From the human T2T-CHM13v2.0 reference genome, Homo sapiens, in NCBI RefSeq assembly GCF_009914755.1, contig NC_060937.1: a stretch of 64,000 bases of DNA, one strand, 5' to 3'. The translations under genes were made by a program, and so were the position numbers. This document shows positions 1 through 14,003 of the stretch, in pieces. The notes under the pieces were generated by a model. It searched no databases. It saw nothing but the letters and a program-made list of their open reading frames with translations, and was not told the DNA's origin. Each line of letters starts with the position of its first letter. Position 1 is the first letter of the stretch.

Positions 1-2082
1 ACTTTTCACGGGCTCCTTCCCTTTAAGGGCTGATGCTCCCAGGGGCTCCCCGGTGTCCGGCTTTTAGCAATCTCACTGCTGTCACTGCTGCAGCCATCGC
101 CCCTCTGGGGACAGCTCTCGAGGGCACCAGGCAGCCCACCACCGTCCTGCCCTGATAGGGGAGGGGCTTGGGGCCAGGCAGCTCTTTGAAGAGTACCTGG
201 GTCAATACGTCGGAAGGCAAGGTGGCTAGAGCGCTTGGCCTCGTGGGCAGGAGGAGGCTGAGCAGCCAGGAGCATGGCCCTGAGGTCACCCACGTGGGTT
301 CCCCACCTTGGCTGGGCACTGACCCAGTCCGTGACTTAGGCCCACCTCACTCCCTCTTCTTTCAAATGGTAATAACTGTGGAAACTTCTAGAGGGCTGTT
401 GCAGGGATGACATCAGCTGGGTATGCGAGCAGGTAGCAGAGTCCCTGCCCAGGTCCAGCACTAGCCCGGGCTGTGGCTGTGGCAGCCCGTGTGAATGGCT
501 GGCTTGACCACTTGTAACGGTGTGTCTGGGAGACCCGCATGTCTCAGTCAGTTGAACCAGTGATTTTAGTAAAGCTGGTTATACAAGAGGTGGTTTCTGG
601 AGAAGGACTGCGCTCACTGGCAGACTTAAGTGTTTCTTGCATTCGGGACCTGGGTTGGGGCAGGGGCCTGCACAGGGTCCTGTTTCTACCAGCTCTTCCA
701 CTCGCAGCCCTGCTAATCCAGGCCTCATTGTTTGGGGCTCCGTGAGCTGCTGCCTGGCCAAGTCATAGCCTCCTCTGTGGTCCTCTGCTCTGGGCTGAGC
801 TGCAGACTCAGGAGGTCTGTGATGGCTGGCTGGAGTCAGGAGTGGGGGCCCATCCTCCTCTCCCCCCATAAACATCCCCCCACCTGAATGTGGCTTATGT
901 AACATGACTCTGGTGCAGTCCTTCTCTGAGGGAAAGGAGCCTACAGCCTCCAATTAACCCAATTAGAAGTCATTACAGGCAATCCTGGCCTCCCCCTAAC
1001 TCTTGGATTAGCATAATGAGCCTGTATGAGTCGCCAATTATAAACACATTCTCCGTGGATTCATATTTCTCTAAATTGCACTTCCCCTGTTGATGACAAG
1101 TTTTCTCCAGAACAGTTACCTCTACACAGAAATACATTTTCCTGTTTCTTCCAATATTCAATCTACTTCCCACCTGGGGAAAGGCACATTGCTGGATGTC
1201 TGATTCTTTTCCTGTGCTTAGAGATTCTACAATTCTGTGTTTTTGAAGTTTTGGCACTTAGCAATAGGTCACTGGGAGGGACGCATGTCTTAGCTAGGGC
1301 TTATGTTATGAAAATGACATTTTCTTGGGCACAATTTCTGTGTGTGGCACAGTGGTTGGTTTGTGTGAGGACTGGGCTTTTTGAGCCTCTTGTTCCTTCT
1401 CCTGCTGTTTTCCTGAGTATGAGGAGCCCAGCTCTCCCTGCACGCTGTCGAGGCTCATCAGCCCAATGCCCTGGGCACCCTGGAAGAAAGTGCTATGTGA
1501 TACGTGCAGTCGGCTGGGTGCCCCATGCTGTTTCCCGCTTTTCTTCCAGCCTCTGTAGAGAGGGGTGAATTAGGCATTCACAGACCTTCCTGCGGCATAA
1601 TGGAGACACTGGTGGAGCTTTTTGTTGGGGAGGGGTCAGAGGGAGGTGGATGGTGTTTCCCTTCCTCCCTTCCTCTTTTCTTTGGAACCCCACAGCAGGG
1701 GTGGGACACTTCCAAGGCTGGCAAGACCCTTTTGAGAGATGTGGGTGCCTCTTGGGTGCAGAGGGCAGGGAGGTGGCAGGGATTCAGGTGGCCCAAGGGG
1801 TGAGGAGGAAGGGAACGGCCTTCATAGCCCCATCCCACTGACGCCTGCACACTACCAGTTGCCCTTGGAGAACATGGATATGCTGGGAAGCATCTCAATG
1901 CATGGAAGCAGGGAGGCAGTTTCTGCAACTGTGGAGCCCCCGGACCAGAAGTGCAGAGAAATTCCACAGCCCGCGTAGCGTAAGCGAAAGAAACCTTGAC
2001 TGCTCAGCTCCGTTTGGATGTTCACGGACATCTCAGCTCTTCTTGTCCAAAGCAGAGATCCTTGCTTTCCTTTCCAAACCTG

Positions 2083-2234
2083 CCCCCTGCAGCTTCCCCT
2101 GCAGCTCCCCCTGCAGCTTCCCCTGCAGCTCCCCCTGCAGCTCCCCCTGCAGCTCCCCCTGCAGCTCCCCCTGCAGCTCCCCCTGCAGCTCCCCCTGCAG
2201 CTTCCCCTGCAGCTCCCCCTGCAGCTCCCCCTGC
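2083..2234. repeat. 12-bp tandem repeat (ccccctgcagct), ~12.7 copies
   Basis: Directly visible, with variant unit tcccctgcagct. Explains the GSCR/AAPP/LQLP repeat ORFs. Confidence 0.98.
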
Positions 2235-2780
2235 CTGTGCTGAAGGTCACTGCATCCTTTCAGTTGCTCAGACCAAACCTTTCAGCAGACCCCACTTTAC
2301 TCCATCCAAAGGTCTTGTTGGTTCTACCTTCAGAATATACTCAGAACCCACCCCTTCCCACCTCTCCATCCCCGCCACCCTGCTCTAAGCCCCTAACCAC
2401 ACCCTCTCTTGCCTAAATGACCAGCCTGCTAGCTGGTCTCTGTGTCTTCTTCCTTGCCTCTTCCTCCTATAGCCTCTTAGTAACACTGAAGCTAGGGAGA
2501 TCCATTTAAAATGTCACTCCGGGCTCTGCCCTGCTCAAAACTTGCCAATGCCTCCACCCCATGTCATTGAGAGCAAAGCCCAAAGCCCTTACCGTGGCCA
2601 ACAAGACTCCATGTGTTTTCACTCTGCCTAGCCCACCTCTTTGCCCTCATCTACTACTTTCTCCAGGCTCTCTCATCTCCAGCCTCTGGTCTCTCTGCAG
2701 CTCCCCAGACCTTCCAGGAATGCCCCTACTCTGGGGCCTTTGCCCTGGCTGCCCGCTTTGCTGAAAGCATCCTTCTGCAG

Positions 2781-2968
2781 ACATCCACACACATGCCCCC
2801 TCAACTCCTCCCGGAACATCCACACACATGCCCCTCACCTCCTCCTGGTACATCCACATGTGTACCCCTCACTTTCTCCCTCACCTCCTCCCAGTACATC
2901 CACACACATGCCCCTCACCTCCTCCCGGTACGTCCACACACGTGCCCCTCACCTCCTCCTGGCACATC

Positions 2969-2970
<2 letters not shown>
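2781..2970. repeat. ~34-bp minisatellite (acatccacacacatgcccctcacctcctcc(t/c)ggt), ~5 copies
   Basis: Directly visible. One unit is lengthened. Confidence 0.95.
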
Positions 2971-3237
<267 letters not shown>

Positions 3238-3679
3238 GTGATACCAGTGTTCAACCTTCACTCTCCCTTAGTCCTTACCTTGCTGAATTTTCCCTGGAGC
3301 CTTTATTGCCTTCTAGCAGACTGTGTAATTTATTTACTGATAGTGTTTATTACACACCTGTTCCTGACACTAGACTCTAATCTCTACACGGGCAGGCCTT
3401 TCATCTCCCTTGCTTTCAGACGTGTCCATCCTAAGCAACTACACAGTGCCTGCCATGTGTGTAGTAGGCATCTGTCAACTAAAGGAAGGAATATGAAAAT
3501 TGTTCCATATGTGGGTCTTACTTTTCAGCTCCCAAGTTCTCAAGATCTCATCTTGAATGAGGTTCAGGAAAATATGCTTGATAGTTTGAGCCAAGTCACG
3601 TGGCTCAGTGTGGTAGTGGCATCCTGTAAGATTTCAGGGATTGGGGAAGCTATGCACACCAGTGGAATTGAGCATGGGG

Positions 3680-3985
3680 TGAGTACTGGTGTCCTGGGGC
3701 AGCCACAACAGCAAAGACCTGCAAACAAGATGGCTTAAACAACAGAAATTTATCATCTCAGCCTGGAGCTGAAAGTTTGGGACCAAGGTGTCAGCTGAGT
3801 TGGTTCCTCCTGGAGGCTCTGGGCAAGAGTCCGTTCCAGACCTTGTCCCTGGCATCTGGTGACAGCTGGCTGTCCTGGGCATCTGTTGGTTTGTAGACAC
3901 ATTGCTCCATCTCTGCCTCTGTCTTCACATGGCCACCTTCCTGTGTGTCTGCCTTCACATGGGGCTCCTCTCTGTGTCTTACACA
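3680..3985 (-). mobile_element. MLT1 (ERVL-MaLR) LTR fragment
   Basis: ggcttaaacaacagaaatttat..caaggtgtcagc..ttggttcctcctggaggctctg..ctctgcctctgtcttcacatggcc is the reverse complement of the MLT1 LTR 3' half. Confidence 0.85.
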
Positions 3986-3989
3986 TTAT

Positions 3990-4360
3990 GGTGATGATAT
4001 CATCACCAAAATCAATGCATTTAGCTTTAATTCAATTCCTTTTAAGTTTGTGTCCAAATTTTGTCTGTTGTTACAATCATGTCCTCTGTAGGCATTCTTT
4101 TTCTAGTCCAGAATCATCTCCTAGATTTGGAATAATGCTTCACATTTTTTTTTTGGCCTTTCTTGATAATTTTGAAGAGGTCAGGCCAGTTATTTTGCAG
4201 ATTGCAGAACATCAAAGAAGTGATGTTGTGTTCTTCTCAGTGCGCCCTATCAGGAGGCACAAAATATCGATTTGTTCCAATATTGGTGATGTTAGCTTGG
4301 TAAATTGATTAAGGTGGTGTCTGCCAGGTTTCTCCAGTGTAAAGTGACTCTTAATTTTTA
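3990..4360 (-). mobile_element. old L1M (L1MC-like) 3' fragment
   Basis: aggccagttattttgcaga..atcaggaggcac..attggtgatgtta..ttaaggtggtgtctgccaggtttctcca motifs of the L1MC 3' UTR. Confidence 0.7.
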
Positions 4361-4687
4361 GATGACCTGGCCCTGCATGTGACACTGAGTAGGTCATGGT
4401 GATGTTGGCAGTTTGAATGCCAGTGAGCCTCTTTCCTTTTATCCTCCACTCTCTTTATTTGGAATTAGTGAAAGCTCTGGACTGGGGGGACAAGATGGGA
4501 GGTAGATATGATTAAGGTGGGTGAAAGGCAAGGCTATTTTTGAAGTTTCCGCTGAACTCTACATCCACAAAGCACCATCTTAGGATGAAATCCCTAGTGC
4601 AGGTCAGCCTGCTTTTTGATCTCACTTGTGACACAGACAACTCAAAGTAGGACGTTGCTGACCACATGAACTTGTAAGGCTGTGCCT

Positions 4688-4689
<2 letters not shown>

Positions 4690-4726
<37 letters not shown>
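4690..4726. repeat. (GT)n microsatellite
   Basis: Directly visible. Confidence 0.98.
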
Positions 4727-4727
<1 letters not shown>

Positions 4728-5074
4728 ACCATGCTCATGTTTTCCTCCCACATCCCAGCTTGGTTATGATGGTTTCACATAGTCTGAGAGGTCAGTTCTG
4801 TTGGAGGTGGCAGGAGGCGGGCCTGGACACACAATGGCTTGCCTCATTCACCTTCACACCCTCCATCTTCATGTCTTTTGCCTCTAGTGCCTTTTCTTGC
4901 ATCCCTATAGCCCAACTCACTTCAGAGTGACCTCACAAGGCCTCACTCAGGTTAAGCTCTGCCTCTCCCGGTCTCTTCACTTGCCTGCATGACTCTAATA
5001 CCTAGTGATGCTGTCTGCATGGAATTTGTGTTGGGAGGCCACCAGAATAAATTAATGCCCCCTTTATAAATTTT

Positions 5075-5860
5075 AAGTTTTTAAATTGTGGTAAAATAGA
5101 TATAACATAAAAATTTGCCATTTTAAACATTTTTGAGTGTACAGTTCCGTGGCATTAAGCACACTCACATTGCTGCTCAACCATCGGCAACACCCAGCTC
5201 CAGAACTCTTCATATCCTAAATGGAAACTCTTTCCCCCAATCCCTGCACCTACCATTCTATGTTCTGTCTCCAGAAATTTGACTACTCTAGGGAGCTAAT
5301 ACAAGGGGAATCACATAATATTTGTTCTTTTGTGTCTAACTTCTTTCACTCAGCATAATGTCTTCAAGGTTTGTCCATGTTGTAGCACGTGTCAATTTCA
5401 TTTCTTTTTAAGGCTGAATTATATTCCATTATATGTACATACCACATTTTGTTTACATTGTCATCTGTTGATGAATACCTGGGTTGCTTCTGCCTTTTGG
5501 CTATTGCAAAAAATGCTGCCGTGAACTTGAGCATACAGACATCTGTTCAAGCCTCTGCTTTCTCTTCTTTTGAACACACACCCAGAAGCAGAATTGTTGG
5601 ATCCTGTGGTCGTTCCCTTTTTTAATCTTTTGAGAAACCACTAAACTGTTTTCCATAGCAGCTGCACTACTTTACATTTCCACCAGCAGTGCACAAGGGT
5701 TCCCATTTCTCCACATCCTCACCAACACTTGCTATTTTTTTCTTTTTCTTTTTTTTTTTATAATAGTTATCCCAGTGGGTATGAGGTGGTATCTCATTGT
5801 GTTTTTTATTGCATTTCCATAATGATTAGTGATGTTGAGCATCTTTTCATGTGTACAGTC
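5075..5860 (-). mobile_element. L1MB-like 3' end
   Basis: aattgtggtaaaata..cataaaatttgccatttt..gtgtacagttc..cccatttctccacatcctcaccaacactt..gatgttgagcatcttttcatgtg. Confidence 0.85.
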
Positions 5861-6779
5861 CCTTTTTAAGAATATAAATGTACCCTTTTTTTGGTGGGTG
5901 GGGATGGATATAGCTTTGTTAGTGTCAGTGTTTCAAAAGCAGCTATGAAAATGCTCAGCTGTCTGTGGAGGTGACCTGCTGGAGGGAATTTAGAGGCTTT
6001 TCTGTTCATCTTTTCCCTACTCATTGCTTCCCTTTATTAAATGTAGAGAAAAGTGAAGGCCCTGGTTGCCAAGCACTGCCCATTGGACTTCCTGTCCCCA
6101 TGCCTTCTCCCTGTGCCCGTGAGCTCTCCCCTCCACATCAGCCCCTGCCATGGCACACAGAGGACTAGCCCTAGACCCTGGCAGCCCTTTGCTGTCATTT
6201 GCACAGTTGGTGGTGACGGTGGACACTGAGCTGACTCTTCAAGCCCCGTGGGAGGACAGAGGACTGGTGCTAAAAGGAGCAAAGGGCTGAGCATCTCTCG
6301 CTCGCTAAAGTGAGTACAAAAGCTAGAACAAAAACGAGAACCCGAAAACAACACAAAACGTGAAAGAAACTAAATAAAAATGTGTGAAAAATAGAATGTC
6401 AGCTGGATGAGGACAAAAATAAAATGACTGGAAAAATATTCCAAGTAAATACTGCTGATTGTCGTCAGAAAGCCATTGAATTGGAGATCACTGAGGCAGC
6501 ATGTGCATTTTAATCTTTTGAAACTGTAGCCCAGGTGCTGGAAAAGTCTATTCTTGGAGGGAAGACATCACCACAAATGGGACTGAGCTTCACAGATCTG
6601 TGTGCCAGATTCACAGGTCTGCTGTGGGGTGCTGGGGCTCAGTCTTTTTGTCTAGATGCCATCACTTTTTTAAGATTGTGCCTTCTCACAAATACACCCC
6701 CTGCCAACAAAATTATGACTCTAAGAGTGAGAAGGCTGGACTGAAGCCCCCAGCTCTCACTAATACCATCTACGTAGGA

Positions 6780-7030
6780 GAGGCTGTACAGTTATGGCGG
6801 TGGCAGGTACAGACTTTGTATCCAGGGAAGCATGGACTGAAAATCCAGGTTTTCCATTCACTATAAGTGCAATGTTGTGTGACACATTTAGCCTTGCACA
6901 CATTAGTACTCTAATCTACACACTGAAGAGAATGCCTTATGGAGAGTTGTTATGATTCTATGTGATAAATGATATAAATCACCTCACTCAGGTCCTGGAA
7001 CATAGTATGTACTTGATAAGTGGTAGGTGG
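6780..7030 (+). mobile_element. MIR SINE, degenerate
   Basis: MIR-like core and tail (gagttgttatgatt..cctggaacatagta..tgataagtggtag). Confidence 0.6.
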
Positions 7031-8741
7031 TGGTGTTATCATAATCATAATCTTGTACGGCTGATTAGGAGATTGAAAAGAGGTAAATAAGAGAATATGA
7101 GAACAGTGGACAATCAAAAATATGAGGCAAAGTGGTCTTGGGTACTGCCTAATTAATTTTGGTATGTTTATTTTGAATCTGGGTACTTCATTTACTTCAT
7201 TGATTCCTTATTAAAATAGTTTTGTTGTGCTAGTTGGCAGTTATTGTTGATTTTGGTGACTGTTTTAAGCATACAATTATGTTACTATCTGCAAATAGTG
7301 ATATAATTTTCACTATCTAGAATGGACACTTCTTATTTCAGTTTCAAGTAGTATTGCATTGGATGGAAGAGTGGCTTCAGGGAGCGTGTTAGTCACCTGG
7401 AGAGCTTGCTGAGAAGAGATCCTATTTCAAAAACCGTTCAATTTGATACCGTAAAAACTATTCTAGGAGTAGAAAAATATGGAACATTTTTAATTCCTGT
7501 CTTGTTTTATGGATTCTTTTATGCCTTCTGTTACTCTTTTAATCTTTTGATCATTTCATTTTCACTATTTTAGCATGTATATTTCTGCAGTTATTTTTAC
7601 CTCTAATGTTTTCTAAACCTCCTCCTGTAAACTACATTTTTCTGGTTAAAAGAATGAAAGGTTTTTGATTTCATCTATGTCAGATGCCCTTCTTCACTGG
7701 CTTATCCATCATATTTCTTAGCCTTTGATGATGTAATCTGTGGTTTGAAACTGAGATTATTGTTGTTGTAGTCCTATTAAAACATGCAAGTGGTCTAGTC
7801 TCAAAAGCTTTAGGTCACAAGAAGATATCCCACCAAAGAGGAGTCAATTTAAAAATAACCACATTTTTTACATATCCATCTCAAACACCACACTGGGGCT
7901 GTGGAGATTATGACAAATATTCTAAAAAACCTTATTTTCTCTCTTATCTACTTTCTTCTATCCATCAGCTTCTCCAATACTTTCTTTAAATTCTTTAAAA
8001 ATTTATATTCCCATTCCTAACCTTTATATCTCTTGTCCTTTTCTGTTTTCCTTTGATTTGGTGTTACATATATCATCCCCTACCTCCCCCCAAAAACCCA
8101 GCGTAACAATGCAAGAAGATTCTTGGAAGGGAGAGGGTGGATGATTTAAACAAATGAGCATAACCGGAATTTGTGTCATTGATTTACTCCTTTGTTTTTC
8201 TGGAATACATTCTTGTTTTTGTTCTATTAAAACAGTACATCCTAAGTCAAGTTTCTTTGTATTTGTATGCTTGGAAGTATATCTTTAAGCCTTTACTTAA
8301 AGCCTTTACAGCAACTGAGATAAGAAAGTGGCACCAGCAGGAAATTGTAGAAATTCTGTTAATTTTTCCTGAAAGTTTTTAGGACCTTTTCTTTATCTTT
8401 GATATTCTGAGATTTCTTTCTCATTCTGCTGGCACTTGTTGGCAGAATATTCTGTGGTTATGAGATGTTTTCTTGTATTATATCTTGGATTATTTTCTCC
8501 CCATTTTGTCTAGTCTTTCTTTCTGGGTCTATTTGGAGGATGCAGCTTGGAGGAATCCTTCCTGCTCTCTCCTCACTCTTGGACCACCAAGGTGGCACCC
8601 TGGAGAAGAGATGATCAGAGTACTTGGCTTACTCCTGTTGCTTCATGTGTTGGGGGATGTATTCTCTTCCTTGGTCTACTTTTCTGTTTCTTCTCTGTTC
8701 TTATCACCAGAGTGGCAAAATCTTAAAAATCTAGAAATCTA

Positions 8742-8947
8742 GGTTTTCAATTAGGGGCAATTGCTAGAATTGCCCAGGGGATTCCTAGCAATATCTAGAG
8801 ACAGTTTTGATTGTCACACTGTGTGTATGTGTCAGGGCTTGGGGGGTGTGTTATTGACGTATAGCCAGTGATGCTGCTAAGATACACAAAACCAACCAAG
8901 AACTCTCTGGTCCTGAATGTTGATGGTGCTGAGGTTGAGCAACCTGC
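8742..8947 (+). mobile_element. MER20 (hAT-Charlie DNA transposon)
   Basis: ggttttcaa..cccagggga..gcaatatctagagac..ttgtcaca..gatgctgctaa..gtgctgaggttgagcaacctg. Confidence 0.8.
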
Positions 8948-9229
8948 TCTAGAGGACTGAGATATGATAAAATCCTGGAAGATGCAGACTAAGACGGCTG
9001 CTGCCTGATTTTAGTCTCTAAACCACAGAAGCAAAAGAAAATGTGTGCCTCCCATGTAGCCAGCCTGATTTACTGGGGTCAGAGACCTGAAGAGGAACCA
9101 CTTCCAGGGGTAACTCTTGCATCTCCCTTTCCAGAAAACTGCCTGAGCTGGAGAAGTTAGGTAACAATATAGGCATCCTGAATTCCAGAAGTCTCTTTCA
9201 ATCTTTAGTTTGGGACAATTGATAAGTGC

Positions 9230-9690
9230 AATAAATGTTTACATCTCACCTCTGTGCTCAACTTGCGGATACAGCAGTCATTGGAAAGGATGTGGTTTTT
9301 GCCTGCAGAGTGTGGAGTTGAGTGGGGAAGAGAGGTAATAATACAGATAAGAATCACTGCATTGTGCGTGACCATGGAAGGTTATAGAGGCTTATGAGGG
9401 CCTGTGGCAAGGAGACTGAAAGTCGTCCAGGGGCACGGGGAGGAGGACGCCTCACTGAAGGAGTGGTGTTTAAGGGGAATCTGGAGAATAGCTCAGCAGA
9501 AGGGCAGTGTCCAGGCAGAGGGAAAAGCATGTGCAGAGGCTCAAAGACAAGGGAAGGCATCAGCACGAAGACGAATGGAGGAATTGCAGCGTGGCTGGGG
9601 CATTGATGTGAGAAGAAGGGGTGTGTCAAGGGCCAAGGCTGGAAGGATGGTGCCCTAGACAGCAGAGGGCTGGTGAGATCGATGGACATG
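9230..9690 (-). mobile_element. L2 fragment
   Basis: ccaggcagagggaaaagcatgtgcagaggc and gtggctgggg motifs of antisense L2. Confidence 0.65.
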
Positions 9691-9694
9691 GCAG

Positions 9695-9875
9695 ATAATT
9701 CAGTGTCTGCTGGGCGTGGTCACAGCATCCAGGTATCTGGTCACACACCAGCCTAGGTGTGGCTGAGATGGTATTTTTTAGATGAGATTAACATTTAAAT
9801 CAATTGACTTAGAGTAAAGGGGATTGCCTTCCATAATGTGGGCCTCATCTAGTCAGGTGAAGATAGGTCTCCCAG
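9695..9875 (+). mobile_element. MLT2 (ERVL) LTR fragment
   Basis: gatgagattaacatttaaatc..gacttagagtaaa..attgccttccataatgtgggcctcatctagtca. Confidence 0.8.
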
Positions 9876-10044
9876 AGGACAGCAGACACTGCCACCAGCA
9901 TCCTGGGATCACACATCTGTCTTGACTGCTCAGGGTTTTGTGTGATGTGGGCAGGAAGCCTGACTTTCAGGGAACGGGTGGGATGTGGTGTCTTGATGTC
10001 CAGGGGACCGAAGTGTGGCCGCATGGTCTCTTCGGCTCAGAGCA

Positions 10045-10140
10045 GAACTGACAACCCCATTTGCCTGATGGGGAAACTGAGGCCCAGAGGGAATGATGTG
10101 GTGTGCAACAGGTCCCATGGAGACCAGGAGCCCTGATGCC
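10045..10140 (-). mobile_element. MIR fragment
   Basis: ccccattt..gatggggaaactgaggcccagag core. Confidence 0.75.
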
Positions 10141-12024
10141 CCAGCTCACACTCTTGGCCACATGTGGCTTGACCTCCCCATGTGGGATTCTGCCACAGCC
10201 AGAGGGGAGAGAAGGAGAAGCAGCTCGATTTACAGAGAGGGCGTGGCTGGGGGCCAGGTGGGTGCCAGCCCCACAGCCTGACCTTGTCTCTGCTGTTTGA
10301 GATTATGGGGAAGTCTCTGATCATCGTTCATATCTGATCCTATTCCAGTTTATATCTCTGAAACCAAGCCTTGTATCGCCTCGTGAGAAATTCTAACTGT
10401 GGAAGGATTGACACCAGCCTCCAAATTAATGATGGGAACAGGGCCATGATGAGGCTTTCCAGGTGGGTGTGGTCACCCGGAACGCCTGGCACTACCACAG
10501 CCTCTCGCACTTGGGTGGTGCTCTGCTGGCTGGGGCTGGAGTGACCTGTGGCTGTTCCAATGGCTCGAAGAGGCCTCCTTCCCACTCCCTCCCTTCCCCT
10601 GCGCAGCCTCAGAAGGCACCTGAGGTCCACCCACCAGGCGCTACCTGCTCCTCCAGGCCTTAGGCACAGGAGGAGTAGTGCACGGGAGACTCCCCGGCCC
10701 TCCTGGCCCTGTGACGTGTTCTGCAGTTGCCAGCGCAGAATGCATTACAAGGGCTGCATTGTCTCTGGGTTGTGGCATGATGGTTGTTTCCACTGTACTC
10801 TCCCCAGTTGAGTAGTAAGTTCTCTGAGAACAATGAAGTAAGGCCTTTATACTTTTTAAAAAATCCTTCCAATGCTTAGCATGGTATCTTGGGTTTAACT
10901 GTCACTTAAGAAACTCTGAGTGATGGTGATTCATGAGGCTGACCCACAGGTGGCAGGGACTGGTGTGAGGGGTGTCTTTTGTCCTCCACCCAGGTGGTTA
11001 CTCTTTGATAATTATTGGGTGTGCTCCTGTCCATCAGGAAGAGTCCCTTGTTCTTGGAACATCTGGTCCCTCCCTTGCTCATCAGACATGAGTGGCTTCT
11101 GTTGCCCTGGCATGGCTTCCTACATTCCTGCCACAGGGCAAGTGCAGGTGTGCCCCCCTCGGTATGCTGACACCAGCCTCAGTGCTGTCAGCCTCCTCCT
11201 TCCTCCCAGCTCAGGGTGTTCCAGGTTCCTCCTACGTGTATCCTTGGCCCCCTCCCCGCACTGACAGGAAGGCCCTCCCCTCTCTATTCCACAGCAACTT
11301 TCACTCTTCTCCCATCTCCCAACTTTAACTGTCCCAACTTTCACGCTGCTCCCAGCGAAGCACACACATCCCATGTCACAGTATATGTCTCTCCTATTAC
11401 TGAAATGATCATGCTTTCTTGATCTCCCAGCTAATTAATTCCATGAGTCCAGGGACATCCTTCTCATCTTGTCTGTTCCATATTCCTGCACATAGCAGAT
11501 GTTCCTGGCCAGTTGGGTTTGATGGGCTATTGTGAGATGTGACTTCTCGGGACTCCACCCTGGCTACAGCTAGTGCAAATGCTGAACGTTGTCATAGGCC
11601 AAGGACACTGGAAGGCATTCTTGCTCTGTGGCCCAGTTTGAGGCTTGCATTTGGTGTCTGGCCCTTTAAGAAGGAAATAGTTGGGAATCTTTGGTGGATC
11701 CTGGCCGGACAAAAACCTGGATATTTATGGAATATTTGCATCATTCTGGACAATTTATTATAGACATATATCTGTTCTATCGTCTGTCAAATGAGAAAAT
11801 GACATTAACATGTGAGTGGGAGAGGCCTCAGAAGAGATGGATTTAATAATGAATGAACTCAACCATGCAGAAACATCTCAGTTCAGGGTGGCTAAAAAGG
11901 AAAATTTGTCTTTGTGCCTCAAGCCTTCACTGTCTGTACAGAATTTCTCCATTCCTGAAACATTTTATTCTTGTAACTTTTCTACAAAGAAAAAACTGTG
12001 TTTCAAAATCTCCAATTAAGTTCT

Positions 12025-12025
12025 T

Positions 12026-12058
<33 letters not shown>

Positions 12059-12081
12059 TGCACACACACACACACCACACA
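12025..12081. repeat. compound (CT)n(CA)n microsatellite
   Basis: Directly visible. Confidence 0.95.
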
Positions 12082-14003
12082 GTAACTGATAGCAAATGCT
12101 CAAAAATGGCCCCTTTGTAATTTTTATGATTACTCGGAAGTGAGATATGGAGATGGCAAGAGAGACCCTGTTGTGTGGCTGTACTGGACACCGTTGCCAA
12201 GTGTTTACTCAGAATTGGCTGGAGGTGAACAGTTGAGTGTGGGAGGCTCTTTGTGAAGGTGTGACTATCGTCACAAACCTACTCAGCCTTTTTATTCTGT
12301 GTTAATCTGTGAATTGGATTTGAAAGAGATGGGATGGCTCTCCATGGCCCAGAAGAACTAATTTAATTTCTCTGTGTGTCTACTTAACAGGCATGGGTAA
12401 TATCCCGGTCATTTGTCTAGAAAAGACAGAAGCCAGCAAGCTCCTTTTGTACATTCCACCTGCATCCCAGACGCTAACTAACCCGTATGCAAACAGAAAG
12501 AACCCTTCCTATTGTTGCATCAGAAACAACAAAGGTCTCCGTCAGCAGCCAGCCAGCAATAGACCCAGAAGTCACTTGGATTCTGTGTTTTCTGGCACAA
12601 AACCCAACGCCACACACTCGGGCTTTGTTCTCTGTGCTTCATTTCCAGAATGTTTTATGTCTCAGCAACAATCGGGCATTCAGCAGTCCATTAGCCATGT
12701 TGCCAATCTGTTACTCCATCTTTGATTTTTTTTAATGTGCAGTAGTTTTCCAAAGATCAATATCTGACATTAGTTGCCTTGTGCAGTGGCCAAAAAATGA
12801 TAGGGCTCTGACCTTGAAGAATTTGGGACGGGTTTTTCCTGGGGACATGTCTTAGGACAACATCGAGAGAAGCAATCTTTCATCTCCGACCCTCCTCCGA
12901 TGCGCCCTCCTCCAAATGGCACTGCCCGGGTTTCACTGATTCAGTGAGTGAATCTTTCCTGAGCAGCCGTGTACCAGGCACTGCACTAGGTTTGGGAACT
13001 TAAGGCTCTGCAAGGGAGCAACAGAATGAGGTGATAGGTAAAGCAAGTGCCGTCCACGCGTGGCACCACAGCTGCCTACTTCCTCCCGTTTTGTCCACTT
13101 CGCTTTTTGGGACACTGTTACGAGTTCCGTGATCTAATAACTGCTGCCACTGCCCTCTCTCTCAGCATGAAGACTGTGGTCAGATTTCACAGGTCATGTC
13201 TCACTATTCCATACGTGACTGCTGGAGATGCCTCATCAGAGGCTGGACAACCTACTGCCAAGTGTCCTATAAAGAGGATAGAATCTTGCTTTTGATGGGA
13301 GGTTGCATAAGCTGGCTTCTAAGGTCTAATGCTGATACTGTGCGATTATTTTTTCAAACCACGTCGGGATAGAAAAACAGATATGTCAAGTGCTTAGCAT
13401 CGTTCCTAGAGGATACCAAATGCTCCCTAAAGTGGTATTGTTATAATTATTGCACACAAAATATTTCAGTGATTTCTCTCTTCCCTTTCATTGTCCCAGA
13501 GCCTGTTCTCTGATTTCCAACCTCCTACTTATAAATTCCAAAAGAAAAGGGATCTTCTCTTAGCTGGCATCTCCCACAGTGTGTTAGATAAAATTGGCAG
13601 TCAAATATTGATTGAACATAGGCCTTGTACACCACACAGAACTAGCAGATAATTTTTAGGGAAGTGTGTTGTGCCATACACCATAGGGAGCTGGGAGGCC
13701 TGAGGAAGAAAGCACTGCGCCTGGGAACACATGCAAGCTTGCGTTCACGGATCCACACGCTGTGCCAGACTCCTTCTAAGGCCTTTCATTAAAGCCATTT
13801 CTATGTCAGGACAAGCAGGTAGGAGGAGGGTACAGGTGATACTTTCAGACTTGGTCCTACAATGGGCACTGCTGCCTAACAGAGTGTGAGTGCAAGAGGC
13901 TCTCACAGTGTGTGGCTGCTTCCTCAGGGGTAAGACGGGGTGAAGCCCCACACCCCAGCTGGCAGCCACCGACACATGGCTGGATCCCAGTACAGTTCCC
14001 TCC

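Noticed and set aside
1852-2416. ORFs with GSCR, AAPP, LQLP and CSSP repeats
   Set aside because: Translations of the stop-free 12-bp tandem repeat in several frames.
12233-12287. Possible pre-miRNA hairpin (tttgtga..tcacaaa, tgagt..actca)
   Set aside because: Stems are short and interrupted, far from a ~30-bp pre-miRNA stem.
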